A program made the translations under genes and the position numbers. Source: an archaeon ADurb.Bin336 (GTDB lineage: Archaea; Iainarchaeota; Iainarchaeia; Iainarchaeales; JAAZKV01). From it: a stretch of DNA of 60,448 nucleotides. Shown here in pieces: positions 1 to 8,563 of this stretch. The stretch is from the NCBI GenBank assembly GCA_002068885.1, contig MWBC01000001.1:1-60448 (forward strand). The letters run 5' to 3'. Under the pieces are notes generated by a model. That model worked only from the letters and a program-made list of their open reading frames with translations, did no database searches and was not told the origin of the DNA. The first letter of the stretch is position 1. The number at the start of each line of letters is the position of its first letter.

Positions 1-1
1 A

Positions 2-148
2 CAAGGAGAAGTAACGCCAAGAAGAACAATTACTAAAAAAACTAAAACTTTGAAAAAAACAACTCCAAAAAAGAAAGTGGTAAAAAAACCAACACCAAAG
101 AAAAAAGTAGCAAAAAAAACAGCAAAAGTTGTTAAAAAAAAGAAGTGA
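2..148 (+). CDS. 3' end of an ORF entering from the left edge; lysine-rich basic tail (..KKTTPKKKVVKKPTPKKKVAKKTAKVVKKKK*)
   Basis: Frame 2 is open from the window edge to TGA at 146-148. It is not in the ORF track because it has no start in the window. The sequence is low-complexity, so the product is unknown. Confidence 0.35.
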   Translation, partial: QGEVTPRRTITKKTKTLKKTTPKKKVVKKPTPKKKVAKKTAKVVKKKK

Positions 149-176
149 GAATGAATCAAAATAAACTCATTCTCGC
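145..176 (+). terminator. Stem-loop overlapping the stop codon (GTGAGAATGA / TCATTCTCGC, 12-nt loop)
   Basis: 10-bp inverted repeat read directly, with one G:U pair. Its function as a terminator is inferred. Confidence 0.3.
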
Positions 177-225
177 ACCTCTCTTAAGTTCTAAAAAAAA
201 TTCAAAGAAAAAAGAGTTAGAAAAA

Positions 226-534
226 TTATTTCTTCTTTGAGTCCTTATTAAAATTCTTAACTAAACCAGACAATACTTTAGAAACTACACTAAAAAGCTT
301 CCAACCCTTACTCGTAGAAAAAAAGGTTTTAGAACCAACATAAAGAGTACCCTTAACTTCGTGCTGAACCCTAAGCCCTCCCTTAGCATAATCCTTCAAA
401 TAAAGCTCAAGCTTAGCATCAGGGCCAACTTTTTGAAAAAACCTTTCAAGAGATTTCTCAAAAAAAGCCAAATCCACTTCATCAATTTCTTTAAACTTTA
501 CTAATTTAACATTCTTAAATTTTCCAAAACTCAT
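226..534 (-). CDS. Small protein, possible ribosome hibernation factor (HPF/RaiA, S30AE-like fold)
   Basis: ATG at 534 gives 102 aa. The track ORF extends to a TTG at 609, only 5 nt from the divergent gene, so I prefer 534. By eye the sequence follows the order of conserved segments in E. coli HPF (..KLELYLKDYAKGGLRVQHEVKGTLYVGSKTFFSTSKGWKLFSVVSKVLSGLVKNF). Confidence 0.45.
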   Translation of the reverse strand: MSFGKFKNVKLVKFKEIDEVDLAFFEKSLERFFQKVGPDAKLELYLKDYAKGGLRVQHEVKGTLYVGSKTFFSTSKGWKLFSVVSKVLSGLVKNFNKDSKKK

Positions 535-614
535 AAAACTAATCCCTCCAAAAAACAATTCTAAAATAAATAATACCAAACTACTTAAAAAAAGAATTGA
601 CCAAATCAATATGA

Positions 615-2366
615 ATGGCCCTAGAAGAAAATAAAGAATTGAAAAAAAAACTAAATCTTTTAGAAAAATACTCTTCTAAACAAACAAAAGAAAGAATAAA
701 AAGGGTAACAAATAATCTAATTGAAAAAAAACTTCCTGAACCCCTAATAGAAGGAATAATCCTAAAAACAATAAAAAACAAAATAAATTCCGAAGAAGAA
801 AAAATGTTTTCAATTGAAGCACACAAAATAGCTGAAGAAATAATTCAAATGGAAGAAGTTATTCAAAGAAACTATTCAAAACTCCCAAACGAAACAATAA
901 CCTCAATAATCCTAACCCTGCCCCAAGATTTTCAACCAATAATAGTAAAAATAGAAGAAACAGCTGACGCACTATACCACAAAGAAAAAATAATTTATGA
1001 AGAACAATATGCTAAAAAAGCATTTGATATTTGGTTACCACTTGCAACAAAACTAGGAATAAGTGAATGTGAATGGAAAATACAAGATTACTCTTTTAGA
1101 GTACTAAACCCACAAGCATTTGAAAAAATAAAAAAACTAATTAACAAAACAAGAACAGAAAGAGAACAACTAATTGAAGAAGTTATAACTGAAATACAAG
1201 AACTACTAAAAAACAAACCAAACACAACAATCACTGGAAGACCAAAAAGCTTTACCTCAATATTTAACAAACTCAAAAAAACTAGCTTTGAAAAAATCCA
1301 CGACATTTATGGAATAAGAATAATCTGCAACAAAGAAAAAGAATGCTACGAAATACTCGGATTAGTTCACTCAAAATATGACATAATACAAGAAGCATTT
1401 GATGACTACATTTCCAAACCAAAACCAAACGGATACAAAAGCATACACACAGCAGTAAAAAGAAAAGAAGAAGTAATTGAAGTACAAATAAGAACATGGG
1501 CCCAACACTTAAGAATAAGCGGAGAAACATACTGGACATACAAAAAAATAAATAAAGACCAAGAATTTGAAAAAGAATTGAGTTGGGAAAGACAATTATT
1601 AGAATGGCAAAAACAAACAGGAGAAGAAAAATTTGAGAAAAAAATAGCAGGAAACAAAATATTTACCTTCACTCCAAAAAATGATGCAATCCCCCTCCCA
1701 AGAGAAGCAACTGCCCTAGATTTTGCATTTGCAGTACACACAGAAATAGGAAAAAAAGCTGAAAAAGTAAAAATAAACGGACAACTAAAAACACTAGAAA
1801 CAAAATTAAACAACCTTGATAAAATAGAAATAATAACAAACCCAAAAACCCAAATGAAAAAAAGTTGGTTACAAAACGTAATAACAGAAAAAGCAAAAAC
1901 AAAAATAAAAACACACTTCCAACTAAATACAAAAAAAATTTCAAAAGAAATACCCCTCAAAATGAAAGACACTAAAAAAATAAAGATGGCGGAGTGTTGC
2001 CACCCCCTCCCTGGGGAAGACGTGATAGGAGTAAAAACTACTAAAAGAAAAATAATAATTCATAAAAAAGATTGTCCAAACATAAAAAAACTTACAAAAG
2101 AAAAACTACTCCAAATAAATTTTGAAAGAGAAAAAGGAGAAACCGGAATAAGAATAAAAGCAATTGATAGAAATGGATTACTTGGAGAAATACTAGAAGA
2201 AATAAAAAATTCAGGAGCCACTCTAAAAAACACTAATTTTAAAATAAAGAAAAACGGGTACATAGACGCAATGTTCTCACTAGAAATCAAAAACGCTCAA
2301 AAACTAGAAAAACTAATTGAAAAAATAAATTCAATCCCCTCCATCCAACTCGCTCAAAGAATATAA
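615..2366 (+). CDS. Long RelA/SpoT homolog: (p)ppGpp synthetase with degenerate HD region, SYNTH, TGS, Cys-rich ZFD and ACT domains
   Basis: Synthetase motifs are GRPKSFTSIFNKLKK, HDIYGIRIIC, DDYISKPKPNGYKSIHT and EVQIRTWAQH. TGS is IFTFTPKNDAIPLPREATALDFAFAVHTEIG. ZFD is AECCHPLPGEDVIG..IIIHKKDCPN. ACT is IRIKAIDRNGLLGEILEEIKNSGA. No HD dyad is present in the N-terminal roughly 110 aa. Confidence 0.9.
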   Translation: MALEENKELKKKLNLLEKYSSKQTKERIKRVTNNLIEKKLPEPLIEGIILKTIKNKINSEEEKMFSIEAHKIAEEIIQMEEVIQRNYSKLPNETITSIILTLPQDFQPIIVKIEETADALYHKEKIIYEEQYAKKAFDIWLPLATKLGISECEWKIQDYSFRVLNPQAFEKIKKLINKTRTEREQLIEEVITEIQELLKNKPNTTITGRPKSFTSIFNKLKKTSFEKIHDIYGIRIICNKEKECYEILGLVHSKYDIIQEAFDDYISKPKPNGYKSIHTAVKRKEEVIEVQIRTWAQHLRISGETYWTYKKINKDQEFEKELSWERQLLEWQKQTGEEKFEKKIAGNKIFTFTPKNDAIPLPREATALDFAFAVHTEIGKKAEKVKINGQLKTLETKLNNLDKIEIITNPKTQMKKSWLQNVITEKAKTKIKTHFQLNTKKISKEIPLKMKDTKKIKMAECCHPLPGEDVIGVKTTKRKIIIHKKDCPNIKKLTKEKLLQINFEREKGETGIRIKAIDRNGLLGEILEEIKNSGATLKNTNFKIKKNGYIDAMFSLEIKNAQKLEKLIEKINSIPSIQLAQRI

Positions 2367-2430
2367 CAAAACAAAAAGCGTATTTATTTAAACCAATTTT
2401 AACAAAAAACCATTAATAGGAAGTGATTAG

Positions 2431-3621
2431 ATGAAAACAATAGGAAAAATAATGATGTTTGCCATCCTCTTGGCTTTGGTCGGAAGTACACTTGCAGCAT
2501 TCCCAAAAGTTACTCAAGTAAATTACGATCCTAACCCAGCAGTGCCTGGAACAACAATAAAAGTACTAATACAATTAGAAAATATAGATTCAACACCACA
2601 AAAAGATATTACTGTAAGCATAGAAGACACTTACCCATTTATAGTAAAAACAGATGAAAGCAATCCAAACCCAAATCTTGTAGGAACAATGCAAGCATAT
2701 GGAAAAACACTATTACAATTCAATGTATATATTGACCCAACTGCAGAAAACAAAACCTACAACTTACCAATCCTTGTTGGAGGAAAAAATTTGGAGAGTA
2801 AAGTAAAAACAAGCCACCCAATACTAATAAGTGGAAAAGAACCTATTGTAAAAATTATTAATGTAACTGAAGAAAAATTACTTCCTGGAGAAGAAAAAGA
2901 AATAACTTTTACATTACAAAATGTAGGAACAAGCCCAGCACACCAAGTAGTGCTAGAAATGATTGAAGACAGAACAATAACCCCTGCTGGAGGAATTATA
3001 GAAAGAGAAATAACTCCTCTAGGAGCAAGTGCAATAAAAGTGGGTTCAATAAACCCTGGAGAAGAAAAAACAACAAAACTAAAAGTTAGTGTAAGCAACA
3101 ACGCAACAATAAAAAATTACACAATACCCCTAAAAGTATCTTTTAACAACCAATCAGGAGAAAGAACAGAAAACATTTCCTACGTTGGATTAAAAGTATT
3201 TGGAAAATCAGATCTTGACGCAACAATAAAAGAAAACAATAACGGAGAAATAATCTTTGAAATATTCAACAAAGGAATGGGAAAAGCAGATTTTACTCTA
3301 GTAGAACTTGTTTCAGAATACGCAACAATTGAAAAACCAAAACAATTCATTGGAACACTAGGAGCAAACGATGTAGACACCATAAAAACAAAAATAAATT
3401 ATGACAAAGTAATTAACGGCCAAGAAACCGCAATAATAAGAATGAAAATAACTTACCTAGATTCTGACGCAAAACAAAAAACAAAAGAAATAACCTTAAA
3501 CGCAAAAGTAAAAACACCCACCCAAGAAAACTTTAATTGGAACACAATGTTAACAATAATAATAGTAATAATTCTAATCCTAGGTGTGAGAGCATACCTA
3601 AAGAAAAAGCAAAAACAATAA
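2431..3621 (+). CDS. Secreted, C-terminally membrane-anchored surface protein (CARDB / COG1361 S-layer-domain-like)
   Basis: N-terminal signal peptide, beta-rich repeats (PGEEKEITFTLQNVGTSPA, INPGEEKTTKLKVSV), C-terminal TM helix plus KKKQKQ. An SD-like AGGAAGTGA precedes the ATG. Confidence 0.65.
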   Translation: MKTIGKIMMFAILLALVGSTLAAFPKVTQVNYDPNPAVPGTTIKVLIQLENIDSTPQKDITVSIEDTYPFIVKTDESNPNPNLVGTMQAYGKTLLQFNVYIDPTAENKTYNLPILVGGKNLESKVKTSHPILISGKEPIVKIINVTEEKLLPGEEKEITFTLQNVGTSPAHQVVLEMIEDRTITPAGGIIEREITPLGASAIKVGSINPGEEKTTKLKVSVSNNATIKNYTIPLKVSFNNQSGERTENISYVGLKVFGKSDLDATIKENNNGEIIFEIFNKGMGKADFTLVELVSEYATIEKPKQFIGTLGANDVDTIKTKINYDKVINGQETAIIRMKITYLDSDAKQKTKEITLNAKVKTPTQENFNWNTMLTIIIVIILILGVRAYLKKKQKQ

Positions 3622-3629
3622 AATACAGA

Positions 3630-3657
3630 AAAAAACTTGTTCAACAAGTTTTTTTTC
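3630..3657. terminator. Bidirectional hairpin between convergent genes (AAAAAACTTGTT C AACAAGTTTTTT)
   Basis: Perfect inverted repeat flanked by A and T runs, lying between the stops at 3621 (+) and 3673 (-). Confidence 0.45.
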
Positions 3658-3672
3658 TAATTTTTTTAAAAA

Positions 3673-4407
3673 CTACAACCTATAATCATCCTCAACTTTG
3701 AGAACCCTAATACCATTATCAGTTATCTCAAGAGGATGCAAATCTTCATTATGCTTAGTTGCACGCATCTTTCTAATATGAAGAGTCCTATTAGATTGAG
3801 TACCAATACCCATATAATGAAGAACAACAACCCCATCAGCAACAAACTCTTCAACCCCATACTTACTCAATTGCTTAGTTTCTTCATTAATTTCAGTAGT
3901 AAAAATAGTTGTAACCCCCGCCCTAGCAAGAAGATAAACCATCTTCAAAACGGCCTTTCTTACTTCATGCTCATTATCAAAATTTAACCCCAAAGCAGGA
4001 ATTGAATCAATAACAACCCTCTTAGCCCTTATTTTCTTAATCGCCCTCATTAATTCAAGCAACAACTTATCAAGATCAAACCCAGTAGCAGGAAGAGAAA
4101 ACTCTTCATCACTTGGAATACCAAGCTTGGCCATAGTCCCATCAACAATCTTCAACAAACCCTTATCTTCAAAAGACCTCAAATTCCAACCAAACCTCAA
4201 CATATCCTCTCTAATCAAATCAGGCCTTTCATCAAGAGTCAAATAAACCCCCGGCTCATTCATTTTAGCACCATTAATTAAAAATTGAGTAGCAAAAATT
4301 GTTTTACCTGTTCCAGTTCCCCCAGAAACTAAAAAAGCTCTCCCCTCCGGAAGACCCCCCTCAACTAACTCATCAAAACCTGGAATACCTGTAGCAACCC
4401 TATTCAT
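3673..4407 (-). CDS. KaiC-like RecA-superfamily ATPase
   Basis: GIPGFDELVEGGLPEGRAFLVSGGTGTGKTIFATQFL (Walker A) and a single-domain KaiC-like layout. Start set at MNRVATG (4407). The 35-aa hydrophobic extension to 4512 looks like translated AT-rich spacer. Confidence 0.85.
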   Translation of the reverse strand: MNRVATGIPGFDELVEGGLPEGRAFLVSGGTGTGKTIFATQFLINGAKMNEPGVYLTLDERPDLIREDMLRFGWNLRSFEDKGLLKIVDGTMAKLGIPSDEEFSLPATGFDLDKLLLELMRAIKKIRAKRVVIDSIPALGLNFDNEHEVRKAVLKMVYLLARAGVTTIFTTEINEETKQLSKYGVEEFVADGVVVLHYMGIGTQSNRTLHIRKMRATKHNEDLHPLEITDNGIRVLKVEDDYRL

Positions 4408-4557
4408 AACAATCAACAATAAGAATAGAATTAACTTGATTATAAATCTTTTCACTAAGAAAAAACCACAAAAATAACAAAAAAAAGAAAAAAAATTTTT
4501 TATAACAAACAAACTTTATACAACAAACTTTAATAAAAAAAAACAAAAAAAAGAAAA

Positions 4558-4631
4558 TGGGATTGGCGAGATTTGAACTCGCGACACCAACGTCTTCAGC
4601 GTTGTGCTCTCCCAGGCTGAGCTACAATCCC
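4558..4631 (-). tRNA. tRNA-Phe (GAA)
   Basis: Cloverleaf folded by hand: GGGATTG/CAATCCC acceptor, GCTC/GAGC D stem, CAACG-CTGAAGA-CGTTG anticodon arm, GCGAG-TTCAAAT-CTCGC T arm. No encoded CCA, no intron. Confidence 0.95.
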
Positions 4632-5033
4632 ATTAACAAGATAACTAAATAAGAAATGGAAAGCTTTTTAATAATCCCTAACTAGTCATTTCTAAAAAAA
4701 ACCAACTAATTCTACCACGCTTTTTTTACTCTTTCAATACTACCTTTTACTCTTTTAATAATTTCCTTAATTAAGCATTTTCTAATTCAATAAAATCATT
4801 ACAATTATTATTTACACAAACTCTTAATTCTCTTACCCTTTTACTCTTTATTATAACCTTCCTTTTTTAAACCACGCAAATTAATATCAATAAACTCAAT
4901 TGATTCAATCTTTGCAACACAAAATGATTAACAACTCCAACATTTATATTAAAAAAAATAAATGTTCTTTCAATTAATTGTTAATAAAAAATTTTAATAA
5001 TTTAAAAAAAGAATTAAACAAAAAAAAAGAAAG

Positions 5034-5106
5034 CGAGCCCGTAGGGAATCGAACCCTAGACACCCAGATTAAGAGTCTGGTGCTCTACCGACTGAGCTAC
5101 GGGCTC
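5034..5106 (-). tRNA. tRNA-Lys (CUU)
   Basis: GAGCCCG acceptor, anticodon arm CCAGA-CTCTTAA-TCTGG, T arm TAGGG-TTCGATT-CCCTA. Confidence 0.95.
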
Positions 5107-5177
5107 AAACAATTACTGTAATTACCAACTCTGTCTAGTAATTACCACCAATTAATTAAAGAAAATTTAAAGATGAG

Positions 5178-5250
5178 CGGGCCCGTAGGGAATCGAACCC
5201 TAGACACCCGGCTTAAAAGGCCGGTGCTCTACCGACTGAGCTACGGGCCC
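5178..5250 (-). tRNA. tRNA-Lys (UUU)
   Basis: GGGCCCG acceptor, anticodon arm CCGGC-CTTTTAA-GCCGG. The body is nearly identical to the neighbouring tRNA-Lys(CUU). Confidence 0.95.
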
Positions 5251-5331
5251 ATCTAATTACATTTCCTTTAAAAGAAATTGCCTTAAAAAGATTTTTAAAG
5301 GTGCTGAAAAAACATTTTAAGAGCGAGTGAA

Positions 5332-5871
5332 ATGAAAAAAAAAGATTTTGTTGTTGTAAGGTATGGTCATAGAGATGTGCGAGATTATAGAGTTACTAGT
5401 CACTGTGCACTCGTGTCACGTGCTTTTGGAGCAAGCAAAATGATTGTTTGTGAATCAAGAGACGAAATAGCAGAAAATACAATCAAAGGAGTTAATGAAA
5501 ATTGGGGAGGAAATTTTAAAGTTGAATTTATTCAAGATTGGAGAGAAGTTGTTTTAAAATTAAAAAAAAGTGGATATAAAATAGTTCACTTAACTATGTA
5601 TGGAATGCAAGTTCAAGAAGTTGAAAAAAAATTAATTAAATTAAATAAAATTGCGATTATAGTGGGCTCTCAAAAAGTTGAAAAAGAAGTATATGAATTG
5701 GCTGATTATAATGTTTCGGTTACTAATCAACCACATAGTGAAATAGCTGCTCTGGCTGTTTTTCTTGATAGAGTGCAACAAGGAAAAGAACTTGATAAAA
5801 AATTTTTAAAATCAAAATTAAAAATTATTCCTCAAGAAAAAGGAAAAAAGGTGATTAATACAAAAAAATAA
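5332..5871 (+). CDS. trm56: tRNA (cytidine56-2'-O)-methyltransferase aTrm56 (SPOUT)
   Basis: VVVRYGHRDVRDYRVTSHCALVSRAFGA.., NWGGNFKVEF, VHLTMYG, IIVGSQKVEKEVYELADYNVSVTNQPHSEIAALAVFLDR match the aTrm56 family pattern. Confidence 0.9.
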   Translation: MKKKDFVVVRYGHRDVRDYRVTSHCALVSRAFGASKMIVCESRDEIAENTIKGVNENWGGNFKVEFIQDWREVVLKLKKSGYKIVHLTMYGMQVQEVEKKLIKLNKIAIIVGSQKVEKEVYELADYNVSVTNQPHSEIAALAVFLDRVQQGKELDKKFLKSKLKIIPQEKGKKVINTKK

Positions 5872-5924
5872 AATAATTAGGGTTTTCTGAAGAGTTTAAA
5901 AACCATTAGTAAGGAGAATATTTT

Positions 5925-6458
5925 ATGCCTCCAAAATCCATAACTGATCTTACACTTGTAAAAGAGTTATTAGATACAGTGGGTGGAGAGGATGCAATAA
6001 CAGTAGTAAAATTATGTGAAAAAAAAAGAAAGATGACTACTGATGAAGAATTGAGTAAAAAAATGAAGAAAAAAGTAACAGAAGTTAGAGCAATATTAAA
6101 TAAATTACATTTTAGAGGAATTGCTTGTTACCAAAAAGCAAGGAATCAAAAAACAGGTTGGTATAATTATACATGGGAAATAAAAAAAGACAGAATAGCC
6201 GAGATAATTGAAGAACAACAAAAAGAAAATCTTGAAAAATTGAACAATAAAATGAAGTTAGAGGCAGATTATAGTTTATTTGATTGTACAAAGTGCAATC
6301 ACAGAGAGGTTTTTGAAGTTGCTGCAGAATACAACTTTATTTGTCCAACATGTGGAGGAAATATGACCTCTGCAAATGATCCAAATAGACAAAAAGAGTT
6401 GTTAACAAAAATAAAAAACATAGAAAAAGAGCTTACTTTGTTGAATAAAATGAAGTAA
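5925..6458 (+). CDS. tfe: Transcription factor E (TFE alpha, TFIIE-alpha homolog)
   Basis: Winged-helix N-terminal domain (..TEVRAILNKLHFRGIACYQKARNQKTGWYNYTWEI) plus a zinc ribbon (CTKCNH..CPTCGG). AAGGAG lies upstream. Confidence 0.85.
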   Translation: MPPKSITDLTLVKELLDTVGGEDAITVVKLCEKKRKMTTDEELSKKMKKKVTEVRAILNKLHFRGIACYQKARNQKTGWYNYTWEIKKDRIAEIIEEQQKENLEKLNNKMKLEADYSLFDCTKCNHREVFEVAAEYNFICPTCGGNMTSANDPNRQKELLTKIKNIEKELTLLNKMK

Positions 6459-6618
6459 AATCTCAAAAACTTGGACATATTTTAAAGGCAACAAGAAAAA
6501 TAGAAAAAGAACAAAACAACCTTTAAAATAAGTAAAAAATAAATATAGGATAGCAAATAAAAAAAGAAGTTTGAAAAACTCTTTTTTTAACAAAACAAGG
6601 CAATATAAACCATAAAAT

Positions 6619-6693
6619 AGCGGGGTAGAGCAGCCTGGAGTGCTCGTCGGGCTCATAACCCGAAGGTCGGAGGTTCAAATCCTCTCCCCGCTA
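6619..6693 (+). tRNA. Initiator tRNA-Met (CAU)
   Basis: AGCGGGG..CCCCGCT acceptor with an A1:U72 pair and three G:C pairs (GGG/CCC) closing the anticodon stem, which are archaeal initiator hallmarks. Anticodon loop is CTCATAA. Confidence 0.92.
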
Positions 6694-7003
6694 TAAAAAC
6701 CACCTATTAAACAAAAACAACCCCTTAACTTCCACTATTAAAATACGACAATTGACTAATTTTTTAATTTTTTATTTAACCCTCTAAAATAACTATTTTT
6801 TAAAATTAAATACACCCACAATTAATTTCAAAAAGATTATTAAAAAATAACAAAAACTAATCACTCAAATTCAATAAAAAACAACAAATCAAAGTAATTA
6901 CCAAATATAATATCAAATTAACACCCCTCACTTAAACAAAAAATGACTAAAATTACACAAAAAATCAAAAAATAAAAAATCACAATTTAAAAAATAACAA
7001 AAA

Positions 7004-7047
7004 CCAGTAATTACCAGTAATTACACGTAATGAGGTGTAATGAGGAT
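7004..7047 (+). repeat. Cluster of GTAAT(T/G)A repeats (GTAATTACCA GTAATTACAC GTAATGAGG TGTAATGAGG)
   Basis: Read directly. The exact 10-mer GTAATTACCA also occurs at 5118-5127, 5138-5147 and 6894-6903. The GTAATTAC core is palindromic. Confidence 0.6.
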
Positions 7048-7098
7048 AATAACACATCATTACAGTAATGTTTTTAAATCATTACGGTCATTATATTA

Positions 7099-7548
7099 AT
7101 GACGAAGTTAAGCATGGTAATGATGGGAATAATAGATACAATTAAACAAATACTTGGATTAAAACAAAAAATACCTCAAAAACCCGTTCAAAATCAAGAA
7201 GTGAGTAATAATAAAAAAGAATTTGAAATAAGATCCATATGGGATTATCTACAATTTAATGAACATACCCAAGCATATCACCTAGCTAGTGTTATTAGAT
7301 TTGATGAATGGATAACAATGGATGAAGTGAGACGAAGAATATTTGACCTTTTTCAAGTAGATTATGAAAATGAAAGAAGTTTATATCCTTACCTTAAAAC
7401 AATGGTGGATGTAGGTTTAATTGAGAGTAACAATGTTGGGGGTAAAAGAAAGTGGAGAAAGAAAGATTTATTAATAAAATTAGAGAAAAAGAAAAAAGAA
7501 GCAGAAAAAGAAAAGGAATTTGAAAAAGAAGTTCAAATACAAACTTAA
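7099..7548 (+). CDS. Hypothetical protein, possible winged-helix DNA-binding domain plus K/E-rich tail
   Basis: 149-aa ORF. ITMDEVRRRIFDLF..LYPYLKTMVDVGLIESNNVGGKRKWRK resembles a wHTH recognition helix plus wing. No family recognised. Confidence 0.45.
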   Translation: MTKLSMVMMGIIDTIKQILGLKQKIPQKPVQNQEVSNNKKEFEIRSIWDYLQFNEHTQAYHLASVIRFDEWITMDEVRRRIFDLFQVDYENERSLYPYLKTMVDVGLIESNNVGGKRKWRKKDLLIKLEKKKKEAEKEKEFEKEVQIQT

Positions 7549-7721
7549 ACCTAATAAAAAGATTAAAAAAACAATAAATTTAATTTTAAAATAATTTCAA
7601 ATAACTAATCATTATCACTAAATGTTGGACATATTTTGAAATAACCCTCAAAATTTATTTTGCTGATTAAACGCATTTTAATTGAAAAGAAAAGGAATTT
7701 GAGAAAAAAAATTTTAAAATT

Positions 7722-8312
7722 TTAATAATTATCCCTTAATTGTCTAAATAAAGAATAAAATTCTGTTAAAAGAGGAGATTGTTGATAAGTTTGTTTAAAC
7801 CAATCAAGATCAACTATATTTTGAGCTTCTTTTAATAACGCTGCTTTATAACCCCCCTCAGCAGGATTTTGAACAATTCTCTTCATTTCATTAAATAAAA
7901 GAACCTTTCCTTCAACTCCTTCAACAAATTTTCTATTTAAAAGATTTTCAACTGCTTTAGCCACTTCTATTTCAGATAAATCTTTTTCATTTAAAAAATA
8001 AGTACATTTCCACTCCCCTTTTTCTTGCCAATAATGAGTAGGATTTTTTCCTGTTTTAAAAAATTCCTGAAGAGGTTGAAAAGCACATTGAGGAATTATA
8101 ACACAATTCTTCCCAGGCCTAATGAAAGGATAATTTGAAAGAATGCCGGGTCTATGATAATTATATTTTTTACCTTCTCCCTTGTGAACTGCCTGGGTAT
8201 AACCAAAAATTCCTCTAAATAATTTTTGATATGTGTAAGAAGAATGTTTTATTGAATCAGGAAGAATAAATCTATATTGAACAAAATATGCTTTTATTAC
8301 CAAATCCCACAC
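7722..8312 (-). CDS. Hypothetical protein (196 aa), no family recognised
   Basis: Long ORF with ordinary amino-acid composition. The start is GTG at 8312, or more likely TTG at 8303 preceded by GGGGTG. Its 5' end lies inside the left inverted repeat. Confidence 0.55.
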   Translation of the reverse strand: MWDLVIKAYFVQYRFILPDSIKHSSYTYQKLFRGIFGYTQAVHKGEGKKYNYHRPGILSNYPFIRPGKNCVIIPQCAFQPLQEFFKTGKNPTHYWQEKGEWKCTYFLNEKDLSEIEVAKAVENLLNRKFVEGVEGKVLLFNEMKRIVQNPAEGGYKAALLKEAQNIVDLDWFKQTYQQSPLLTEFYSLFRQLRDNY

Positions 8313-8332
8313 CCCACACTTCCACTAATAAT
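8304..8332 (+). repeat. Inverted repeat, left copy (ATCCCACACCCCACACTTCCACTAATAAT)
   Basis: The 14-nt core CTTCCACTAATAAT is the exact reverse complement of 9037-9050. A C-rich stretch and ATCCCA are also shared with the right copy. Confidence 0.7.
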
Positions 8333-8563
8333 ATATATAATAAAATAAAAAACTCTTATGTATATTATATATACATAGTATTTATTATTATCTTTTATTT
8401 TAAAATTATAAAAAAAATTATTTTTAATTTTTTATTTTTTAAAAAATTAATTTAAAAAAAGTGTCCAAGAAAAGAAGTTTTTTTAAATTTAATAATTATT
8501 TTTGTAAATATTTAATTTTGTTATTTTTAAAAAAAGTAAGAAAATAGAAAGTAAGGGGAGGCC

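Noticed and set aside
1088-1972. Several minus-strand ORFs (1088-1306, 1282-1539, 1406-1972, 1669-1944, 2060-2290) inside the RSH gene
   Set aside because: They are antisense shadows of a well-supported gene, with F/L/S/C-rich nonsense composition. The same reasoning applies to other nested or antisense track ORFs, such as 2757-3101, 3736-3987, 16682-17068, 20162-20407, 23105-23535, 34570-35378, 35641-35978, 36923-37249, 50321-50994, 51673-52119, 52146-52646, 53340-53639, 55494-55754 and 59140-59334.
3673-4512. Long N-terminal extensions of track ORFs (3673-4512, 12193, 34564, 37428, 42949, 43539, 47775, 50831, 54062, 27547)
   Set aside because: Homology-defined N-termini and SD-like sequences (GGTG/AGGAG) point to internal ATG starts. 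The extensions are hydrophobic translations of AT-rich upstream DNA or begin at TTG/GTG just upstream of a better ATG.
5290-5330. Replication origin or terminus at the composition switch near 5.3 kb
   Set aside because: No orc1/cdc6 gene and no ORB-like repeats nearby. The composition flips back and forth several more times in the window, so a single replication landmark does not explain it. The pattern is kept only as part of the mosaic-composition finding.
6471-6500. TTGGACATATT as an archaeal dif (Xer) site
   Set aside because: It resembles one dif half-site as I recall it, but no copy has an inverted second arm 6 nt away. Four dispersed half-sites do not fit a single chromosomal dif.
6402-6656. 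84-aa minus-strand ORF in the track
   Set aside because: It overlaps the initiator tRNA gene and AT-rich spacer. Its hydrophobic low-complexity translation is typical of non-coding DNA.
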